NCBI GenBank assembly: GCA_038279365.1 | Contig: JAYODI010000072.1 | Coordinates: 14,952-29,721 of the forward strand | DNA: 14,770 nt | Source of the DNA: Candidatus Latescibacterota bacterium | Lineage (GTDB): Bacteria; Latescibacterota; UBA2968 | Reading direction: 5' to 3' | Shown: positions 8,070 through 14,770 of the stretch, piece by piece | How the letters are laid out: each line of letters starts with the position of its first letter | Position numbering within the stretch: the first letter of the stretch is position 1 | Position numbers and translations under genes: made by a program | Notes under the pieces: generated by a model | The model's database searches: none | What the model was told of the DNA's origin: nothing | What the model saw: only the letters and a program-made list of their open reading frames with translations

Positions 8070-9625
8070 GGTGTGTTTCCTTTGGGTTGACGTTGCCAAA
8101 TGATGAGTTGGCGCATGGTGTATGTGGCAATGGCAATGAGTATGAGAATTGTGAAAAGTAAAACGATTGTAAGTGTTGTGCTTAATAAACCGGTTTGGAT
8201 GGCGTTGAGCCACCAGATGTCGATGATGTCGTAGTTTTCTAATGAGGCCGAGAGTGATCGCTCTGTGCCCGATGAAATGGTGTAGCTAAGTGATGTGCCT
8301 GTGAGGATATGTTTGATGCCTGAGGTGAGTTGATAATATCCACCGAGAATAGGTGAGAGATAAGGCGAAAAGAGCAAGTCGCCTGGGTGACCGGAGTTGA
8401 ATAGAAGGTCGCCTATTTTTTTGTCTTGAACAAAGCGCACAAAAAGATGTGGGTTGATGAGTGCACCGGGTAATTGGGTGATAAGACCTGCGATGCCAAA
8501 TGCCAAGACGCGTTTTTTGGCTGTTGATTGGATGAGGCCGCCAAGTGGAATGATGATATAAGGGATGATGGGAAGGAGGTAACGTGGCCCCCAACTTGAT
8601 CCGGCATGCCAGTCGATCATGAATGTAAAAAAGATAAAGTGGATCGCGATGAGATGTGCAAAGAGTTTGGCTTCTTTGGGGTGTTCTGTTTTGAAGTGAC
8701 GATAGGCAAAAGGAAAGAGGCAAATGGCAGGCAAAAAGAAAACAAGCCCACGTCCAGTACTCAAAAGAAGGCCGTATAAAGCTGTGATGATTTGTGTGGG
8801 CAAAAATGCAAAATAGCCACCTTGTTGTGCCAAGGTATCGAGGTGATATCCTGTGTGAAACATGTTGTTGTATCGTACATGGTTGTGAAAAAGAATCAGA
8901 ACTAAGAAAAAAAACAAGGGTGCAATAATGGTAATGGCTGAAAGACGTTTGTTGGATTGTGTTTTGAAGGTTGGCCAAATGTATAACAAAAAGATGGGCA
9001 AGGTGATGGCGACATAGAGTTTGGTTAAGATGGCAAACCCGATGCAGATGCTTGCGACAACCAAGGCCCAAAGGGATTCGTGTTTAACAAAATAAAAACA
9101 ACCGCCAGTTGCGCCTAAGAGTGCGATGCCCACAAGGGGTTCTGAAAAACCATATCCGGCATAGGGAAAAACCATTGATCCGAAAGCAAAAAAAACCGTG
9201 AGCCACCAGACAGTGTTGTGTCGATATCCGAAACGTATGGCAAGGCGAAAGAACCCGAGGCACCAAAGGGCACAGATGAATACATTGGTGAGTGAGGTGG
9301 TGAACATGGTCAAATAGTCGGCGGGTAATTTTTTTATAAATTGCGATAAGATATGGCCGACCACAAAAAAAGGCAGTTCGGCAAGCGGTAACCCTAAGCC
9401 ATATTTGGAGTAGGTACGCAGAGAAGATGCGACAGATTGGTATTGGCGTTGCATTTCGGGGATGGCAAAATCTTGGTTGGATATGATAAGGTCACCGTTG
9501 TACACCAAACTGCGTGCAGTGAGATAATTCCAAAAACCATCGCCACCATAATGTCCACCAGCTGTGAGCAGGTAGATGCAACTGATGCAGATGAAGAGAT
9601 AGAGAGAGGCGGTTTTGTTGGTCAT
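8066..9625 (-). CDS. GT-C-like integral membrane protein (putative lipid-carrier-dependent glycosyltransferase), 519 aa
   Basis: N-terminal helix followed by GGDGFWNYLTARSLV; YSKYGLG, FSEP, AILTK and SWGPRYLLP segments; many hydrophobic helices; GAGG upstream. Confidence 0.65.
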   Translation of the reverse strand: MTNKTASLYLFICISCIYLLTAGGHYGGDGFWNYLTARSLVYNGDLIISNQDFAIPEMQRQYQSVASSLRTYSKYGLGLPLAELPFFVVGHILSQFIKKLPADYLTMFTTSLTNVFICALWCLGFFRLAIRFGYRHNTVWWLTVFFAFGSMVFPYAGYGFSEPLVGIALLGATGGCFYFVKHESLWALVVASICIGFAILTKLYVAITLPIFLLYIWPTFKTQSNKRLSAITIIAPLFFFLVLILFHNHVRYNNMFHTGYHLDTLAQQGGYFAFLPTQIITALYGLLLSTGRGLVFFLPAICLFPFAYRHFKTEHPKEAKLFAHLIAIHFIFFTFMIDWHAGSSWGPRYLLPIIPYIIIPLGGLIQSTAKKRVLAFGIAGLITQLPGALINPHLFVRFVQDKKIGDLLFNSGHPGDLLFSPYLSPILGGYYQLTSGIKHILTGTSLSYTISSGTERSLSASLENYDIIDIWWLNAIQTGLLSTTLTIVLLFTILILIAIATYTMRQLIIWQRQPKGNTP

Positions 9626-9700
9626 GATGCGCCTCGTAAATCTGCACCGGATGCATTAAAAAACGACGGTGTGGCGTGATGGGTTAAGTGCATGGATTGC

Positions 9701-10813
9701 TCAGGTTTTTTGAATGGCATCGTAAACTTTTTGATAGACACGTTCTTGTTCTGCGGCAATGCGATCCCAGGTAAATTGGTCGGCCCATTTGCGTCCTTCC
9801 TGGCCCAATTTTTGACGTTGTGTGGGGTCGTCTAAGAGTTGTTTCATTGCGTTTGCGAGTGCATTGTGATCTTCGGATGGCACGAGCAGACCGGTTTCAT
9901 TGGGGCGAATGGCATCGGCGAGGCCGGGTATGTTGGTGCCGACGACGGCTTTTCCGGCGGCTCCGGCTTCAATGGCCACAATGCCCCAACCTTCATAGCG
10001 CGAAGGCATGCAGACAAAAAGCGCACTGCCAAAGAGGTCGTTTTTTTGTTCTTGTGTGGCTGGCCCAAAAAATTCTATGCGGTTTTCAATGCCGAGTTCG
10101 GTTGCCAAGTTTTGTAGTTCTTGCTGGCGTTCGGGCGCGCCACGTCCGGCGAGGATGAGGCGCACATCTTTGCGGTTGAGTTGGGCAAATGCGCGAAAGA
10201 GGACGTCGAGGCCTTTGGTGTGAATGTCGAGGCGACCAAAATAAAGGATGTAGTCTTTTTCTTCACCTTGGGCTTGAAAGGAAATGTCATCTACGCCCGT
10301 GTAAACGAGGTTGAGATCGGCGGTGATGCCTTTGTCTTTGAGTTGTTGGGTGACGGTGGGTGAGATGGTAAGGATATAAGGATGCGTTTTGAGCACATGC
10401 TTTTCTGCGTGTTGGGCCACGTGACCGAGTAGTGGAAATTTTTCGGTGGCGTGGTCGCCCATGAGGTGAAAAAATTCGAGCAGACTGCGTTGGCGTAGGG
10501 CTTTGGATGCATGGAGTGGGGCATAAGCTGAAAAACCATACACCCAAAGATCAAAATCGCCTCGGGCCACTTCGCGCGAAGCGGCGGCGGCAAAGCTGAG
10601 TCGGCTGAGCAAGTAGGATCGGTTGGTGCCCACACGTTTGATGTGTACACCGTCGCGTTCAATTTCACGTTTACAATCGGGAAAAGCACCCACAATGCTG
10701 GTGATGTCGTGACGACTGCTGAGTTGACGAGAGATTTCTTGCGTGCGCAAGGCACCTCCGCCCCCGCACCAGGGGTTTTCAAAGTCGTCGTATACGGTGT
10801 GGAGAATTTTCAT
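9701..10813 (-). CDS. GT4 family glycosyltransferase, 370 aa
   Basis: NPWCGGGGA, YFGRLDIHTKGLD and PSRYEGWGIVAIEAGAAGKAVV (intact EX7E), ETGLLV, FTWDRIA. Confidence 0.93.
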   Translation of the reverse strand: MKILHTVYDDFENPWCGGGGALRTQEISRQLSSRHDITSIVGAFPDCKREIERDGVHIKRVGTNRSYLLSRLSFAAAASREVARGDFDLWVYGFSAYAPLHASKALRQRSLLEFFHLMGDHATEKFPLLGHVAQHAEKHVLKTHPYILTISPTVTQQLKDKGITADLNLVYTGVDDISFQAQGEEKDYILYFGRLDIHTKGLDVLFRAFAQLNRKDVRLILAGRGAPERQQELQNLATELGIENRIEFFGPATQEQKNDLFGSALFVCMPSRYEGWGIVAIEAGAAGKAVVGTNIPGLADAIRPNETGLLVPSEDHNALANAMKQLLDDPTQRQKLGQEGRKWADQFTWDRIAAEQERVYQKVYDAIQKT

Positions 10814-10824
10814 AAAGATTCAGT

Positions 10825-11826
10825 TTATGCTTGGGTGGCAACAAGATGAGCTTCTATAATTTCTTCTATTGAAACGGTATCAACACCGACTTTGCCGACC
10901 ACAATGCCACCGGCTAAGTTGCCAATATAAGCGGCTTCGGCGGGTGATGCACCTGAGAGCTGTGCAAGCGTGTAAACGGCGGCGGTGGAATCGCCTGCGC
11001 CAGAGACATCGAAGACGTCGCGTGCGGTGGCGGGGATGTGTGTAACTTGTCCGTTGGCTTCAAAGAGGGCCACGCCTTTTTCACTGCGGGTCATGTAGAC
11101 TTGCTCAATTTCAAATTGTTTGACGAGGCGGTGTCCGATTTCGATGACTGTTTTTTCGTCTGCCTCATCAAGATTAAATACACCGATGGCCTCCGATTGG
11201 TTCGGAGAAATTGCAGTGAGGCCAAAATATTTGTCAAAGTTACGACCTTTGGGGTCTGCCATGACGGGGTAGTTGTGTTGTTTTTTGACTTGGCGCATGG
11301 CGTCCATAAATGGGGCGGTGACCACACCTTTGGCATAGTCAGATACAAAAATGGCATTGAGTGATTGGGCTTGGGTGATGGCATTGATCAATTGTTCCAA
11401 TAATGTATCGTCAATGGGGGTGCTGATTTCTCGATCAACACGTAGCATTTGTTGTTGCTGGCGATATTGGGTGTGTCCCATCACGCGGGTTTTGGTGGTG
11501 GTGGGGCGATTGGCGTCTGTGATGAGAGCCGATGTGTTGATGCCTGATTTTTCGAGTGTATTGGTCAGATGTTTGGCATTGTCGTCATTTCCAACAAGGC
11601 CAGCAATGGTGACGGTGGCACCGAGGAGGCGCAAGTTATAGGCCACATTGGCGGCACCACCTGGGCGGTAGGTTTCTTGTTCGACACTGACCACAGGTAC
11701 GGGGGCTTCGGGTGAGATGCGTTTGGTTGCGCCCCACAGATAGTGGTCGAGCATGACGTCGCCAACGACGAGTACGTGTTGGTTGGGAAATCCGTTGAGG
11801 ATGTCACGGAGACGTTCGGAGGTCAT
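10825..11826 (-). CDS. rfaE1: D-glycero-beta-D-manno-heptose-7-phosphate kinase (HldA / RfaE domain I, PfkB family), 333 aa
   Basis: [62 protein letters not shown] overlap with the upstream gene. Confidence 0.93.
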   Translation of the reverse strand: MTSERLRDILNGFPNQHVLVVGDVMLDHYLWGATKRISPEAPVPVVSVEQETYRPGGAANVAYNLRLLGATVTIAGLVGNDDNAKHLTNTLEKSGINTSALITDANRPTTTKTRVMGHTQYRQQQQMLRVDREISTPIDDTLLEQLINAITQAQSLNAIFVSDYAKGVVTAPFMDAMRQVKKQHNYPVMADPKGRNFDKYFGLTAISPNQSEAIGVFNLDEADEKTVIEIGHRLVKQFEIEQVYMTRSEKGVALFEANGQVTHIPATARDVFDVSGAGDSTAAVYTLAQLSGASPAEAAYIGNLAGGIVVGKVGVDTVSIEEIIEAHLVATQA

Positions 11827-13250
11827 TTGCTTCCTTTGATTTTTTCAACAATGTTGGTGGTGGAGCGGCCTTCGACCAAGGGAATGGTGGTGACCATGCC
11901 CCCTGCGTTTTCGACTTCTTCGCGCCCAACAATGTCTTGCACGTTGTAGTCGCCCCCTTTGATGAGCACGTCGGGTAACAGTGCGGCAATGAGTTCGCGT
12001 GGGGTGTCTTCGTCAAAGGGGATGATGTGGTCGATGCATTCGAGTGCGGCGAGCACACCTGCGCGATCTTCGAGGGGCAAGATGGGGCGGCTGGGGCCTT
12101 TGAGGCGTTGTACGGAGGCATCGGTGTTGAGGCCGAGAAAGAGGACATCGCCTTGTTCGCGTGCTTTTTGAAGGTAGGTGACATGGCCACGGTGGAGGAG
12201 GTCGAAACAGCCGTTGGTGAAGACGGTTTTGATGCCGAGTTCTTTTAAGCGATTGCGTACCGATATGGCTTGTGCGCGAGTTAGGATTTTGTTTTCAGAT
12301 GCAGTTACGCGGTCGTCGAGTGATTCGGCAAGTGCATGGGCAAGGAGAGGGATCATGATTTCGTGGTGGCCGGTGAAGCTGTAGCCTGTGCCGCCTTGCA
12401 TGGTGGGGCGTTGGACGACGTTGACGCGGGGGCGATAGTGTTGGATCATGTCGAAGTTGGCGGTGACAAAGTGATCCACGGTGTGGCCTAAGTTGCGGGC
12501 GACTGTGAGGGCTTTGAGAAATACTTCGGGTAAGAGGACGGCGGAACCGATGTTGAGGTAGGCGCCACCTTCGAGGGAGGCGACAACCGAGCAGAAGGTT
12601 TCGAAGTCTTTGTATGAGGCCCGACCGATGGCTTCACCGTTTGCGGTGGGTTGTTGTTGAACAATGTCGGTGCCAATGGCTACGTGTACGGTGACGGGAA
12701 TGTCTAATTCATAGGCGGTGGCCAAGATGCTGGTGTGGCAATAGGGTTGGCTGGTTTCGACGAGTTTTTGGCCGAGTGTTTTGCCGTATCCGAGGGAGGT
12801 GTTTTCTATGGCGTGGTTGATGAATGTGCCGGTGTCTTGGGCCATACCAAAGGAGCCGTCTTTGAGGCCTTCGGCAACGTCTTCGGAGGTTTGGCCTTGC
12901 ATGGCAATTTCAACATCGTGAATGGATGTGGAGCCGTTCATGGCAATGGCGGAGATCCAACCGCGTTTCATGAGGTCGATGAGGATGGGCGCGAGGCCAC
13001 ATTTGATGACATGGCCGCCGATGCCGATGGCAATGGTTTTGTTATTGCGGATGGCTTGTGAGAGGGTGCGGATGAGGTTTCGAAAGTCGGCACCGATGAG
13101 GATGTCGGGGAGGCTGGTGAGGAAGTGGCCGAAGGAGGCCCCACCATGAGCGGAGGTGGCAAAGGTGGCGAGGGAGACTTTGTTGGGGCGATTGGATAGG
13201 GGATAGGTTTGGACTTTGGAGAGGTCTATTTTGGGGAAGTTTTTGGGCAC
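11823..13250 (-). CDS. rfaE2: Fusion: N-terminal deoxyhypusine-synthase-like domain plus C-terminal heptose-1-phosphate nucleotidyltransferase (HldC / RfaE domain II), ~475 aa
   Basis: C-terminal ~155 aa: [57 protein letters not shown]-terminal: [50 protein letters not shown] start at 13250 chosen for AAGGA 7 nt upstream. The symbol refers to the C-terminal domain only. Confidence 0.82.
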   Translation of the reverse strand: MPKNFPKIDLSKVQTYPLSNRPNKVSLATFATSAHGGASFGHFLTSLPDILIGADFRNLIRTLSQAIRNNKTIAIGIGGHVIKCGLAPILIDLMKRGWISAIAMNGSTSIHDVEIAMQGQTSEDVAEGLKDGSFGMAQDTGTFINHAIENTSLGYGKTLGQKLVETSQPYCHTSILATAYELDIPVTVHVAIGTDIVQQQPTANGEAIGRASYKDFETFCSVVASLEGGAYLNIGSAVLLPEVFLKALTVARNLGHTVDHFVTANFDMIQHYRPRVNVVQRPTMQGGTGYSFTGHHEIMIPLLAHALAESLDDRVTASENKILTRAQAISVRNRLKELGIKTVFTNGCFDLLHRGHVTYLQKAREQGDVLFLGLNTDASVQRLKGPSRPILPLEDRAGVLAALECIDHIIPFDEDTPRELIAALLPDVLIKGGDYNVQDIVGREEVENAGGMVTTIPLVEGRSTTNIVEKIKGSK

Positions 13251-13299
13251 TTTTGAGTCCTTGGTAACAATCGGTATTTTTGTATGATTTGTCGTTTTG

Positions 13300-13514
13300 T
13301 TGCCTTCGGCGAGATACATTTTTTTACGGCAAAAAAAGTATCCCAAAAAGCCGCCACTGCGTGGAGCTTTCATTTTGTTCAGTGTTTTTATGGGCGTAGG
13401 CCACCCTCACCTGCCCGTGCAGTTCCCACCCTGCCACGTGTTCCACACGTCCCTTCCACACCCACCCATCACATCCACACCAACTGCACAACGGCCCACA
13501 CCACCCGTGGGTGG
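13300..13514 (-). repeat. Copy 2 of the ~220-nt structured dispersed element
   Basis: Colinear with 3892-4114; identical blocks at 13300-13312, 13398-13420 and 13475-13505. Confidence 0.85.
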
Positions 13515-13530
13515 AATTGAAGTTTTAGAT

Positions 13531-13779
13531 ATGATTCGATTGGCTTTTAATCTTGAGTCCGTAGGATTTTTCCCTAAAATAGCACCGGAATTTATTCCGG
13601 TGCGGTTGATTCGATGATTTTCGAAAGGGTTTTAGGTGTTTTATCCTGTTGGCCATGATTCGATTGTCTTTTGATCTCGAGTCCGTAGGACTTTTCTCTA
13701 AAATAGCACCGGAATTTATTCCGGTGCGGTTGATCGGGCGATGACCGAATTAATATTTCAATCTCCATTATTCCGGTGC
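13531..13779. repeat. Two 80-bp direct repeats (13531-13610, 13655-13734), each with a 22-bp palindrome, plus a half-palindrome remnant (13768-13779)
   Basis: 75/80 identical, period 124 nt. GCACCGGAAT-TT-ATTCCGGTGC at 13582-13603 and 13706-13727; small AGTCC-GTA-GGAYT hairpin in each unit. Confidence 0.9.
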
Positions 13780-13784
13780 AGAGG

Positions 13785-14351
13785 TTATGGGTGTGTATCT
13801 ATAATCCAATTGGCAACATCTAAGAGATCGTTGCCTATGTAGCTGATTTGTTTGCGCGTTTGAGCGTTGGCTTGATTGAGCACGTCTTCACCATAGCCTG
13901 TGCGAACGAGGGCCGATTGGCATCCGGCGTTCCAGCCGGCTTGGAGGTCGCTGAGGCTGTCGCCGATCATGTATGAACGCGAGAGGTCGAGGTTGTGTTC
14001 TTTGGCGGCGCGTTGGAGCATGTGGGGTTTGGGTTTGCGACAGTTGCAGATCACCTTTTCGCCATATTCGGGGTGATGGGGGCAATGGTAGATGGCGTTG
14101 AGGGTTGCGTTTTGGTTTGCCAGTTGACGTTTGAGTTCGGTGTGTATTTCTGTGAGGCCTGCTTCGGTGAGGAGGCCTCTGGCAATGGCCGATTGATTTG
14201 TGATGACAATGATTGCATAACCAGCGGCATTGAGTTTGGCAATGGCTTTGTCTGCGTTGGGGATGAGTTGGAGGTCTTCAACGCGGTGTAGGTGGCGCAC
14301 ATTGACGTTGATGGTGCCATCGCGGTCAATGAATACGGCTGGGTGACTCAT
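13785..14351 (-). CDS. gmhB: GmhB-type HAD phosphatase (heptose-1,7-bisphosphate phosphatase; histidinol-phosphatase activity not excluded), 188 aa
   Basis: PAVFIDRDGTIN, VITNQSAIARG, Zn-site CPHHP...CNCRKPKP, MIGDSLSDLQAG, VRTGYG. ATG at 14351 overlaps the hisB stop (ATGA). Confidence 0.85.
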   Translation of the reverse strand: MSHPAVFIDRDGTINVNVRHLHRVEDLQLIPNADKAIAKLNAAGYAIIVITNQSAIARGLLTEAGLTEIHTELKRQLANQNATLNAIYHCPHHPEYGEKVICNCRKPKPHMLQRAAKEHNLDLSRSYMIGDSLSDLQAGWNAGCQSALVRTGYGEDVLNQANAQTRKQISYIGNDLLDVANWIIDTHP

Positions 14352-14770
14352 AGGCTGCCTTTGGTTGAGGGCACGCCTGTAACCCGTGGGTCTTGTGAAA
14401 CGGCTTGGCGCAAGGCTCGGGCAACGGCTTTGAAGATGGCTTCCATGCCGTGGTGGGCGTTGCTGGCGCGAATGAGGTCGATGTGTAGGTTGAAGCGTCC
14501 GTTTTGTGAGAGTGCGGTGAAAAATTCCATACCGAGTGATGTGGGAAAGGTGCCAATCATTTCTTCGGTGAATGTGGCTTCGTAAACGAGGTGACCACGG
14601 CCAGAGAGGTCGATGACGGCTCTGGCGAGGGCTTCGTCCATGGGCACATAGGCCGAACCAAATCGGGTGATGCCTTTTTTGTCGCCGAGGGCTTTTTCGA
14701 GGGCTTGGCCGATGCAAATGCCTACGTCTTCTACGGTGTGGTGGGCGTCTACTTCCAGATCGCCTTTGCA
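14348..14770 (-). CDS. hisB: Imidazoleglycerol-phosphate dehydratase, 5'-truncated by the window edge
   Basis: Frame is open to the window end: KGDLEVDAHHTVEDVGI...GITRFG...PMDEAL...DLSGR...NAHHGMEAIFKA...PSTKGSL, containing both HHxxE metal motifs. Confidence 0.97.
   Translation of the reverse strand, partial: CKGDLEVDAHHTVEDVGICIGQALEKALGDKKGITRFGSAYVPMDEALARAVIDLSGRGHLVYEATFTEEMIGTFPTSLGMEFFTALSQNGRFNLHIDLIRASNAHHGMEAIFKAVARALRQAVSQDPRVTGVPSTKGSL

Noticed and set aside
8907-9195. Two A8 runs (8907-8914, 9188-9195) as phase-variation tracts
   Set aside because: They encode Phe runs in transmembrane helices, the frame is intact, and the length is unremarkable.
9641-9651. TCTGCACCGGA matching the reverse complement of 13772-13782
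   Set aside because: Only 11 nt with no second palindrome arm; cannot be distinguished from chance.
12320-13250. Calling the N-terminal domain a genuine deoxyhypusine or homospermidine synthase
   Set aside because: The catalytic lysine motif is not visible, and the context is heptose metabolism.
13531-13734. Possible mini CRISPR array (37-nt identical palindromic segment repeated)
   Set aside because: Only two units, the similarity extends over 80 nt so there is no unique spacer of normal form, and no cas genes are in the window.
14352-14717. 310-aa version of the phosphatase with long N-terminus
   Set aside because: The extension is an alternative frame of hisB; the HAD domain starts at ATG 14351.

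Overview
All genes in this bacterial window lie on the minus strand, forming a cell-surface glycan locus. In transcription order (right to left): 3' part of hisB (imidazoleglycerol-phosphate dehydratase), a GmhB-type HAD phosphatase coupled to it, a repeat-filled 534-bp gap, an unusual fusion of a deoxyhypusine-synthase-like domain to a heptose-1-phosphate nucleotidyltransferase (HldC/RfaE-II), heptose-7-phosphate kinase (HldA/RfaE-I), a GT4, a GT-C membrane protein, a YfhO-like protein, a Wzx-type flippase, two more GT4s and an ArnT-like GT-C. The most striking non-coding signal is a ~220-nt element present twice, 9.4 kb apart (3892-4114 and 13300-13514). Both copies have the same orientation and lie 50-70 nt upstream of a start codon. 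They show several compensatory base-pair changes, conserved GGG tracts around an embedded hairpin, and a terminator-like hairpin. Three other palindromic repeat types also occur in the intergenic gaps. No transposase, cas, tRNA or rRNA gene is visible. Protein calls rest on motif recognition by eye, not database searches.
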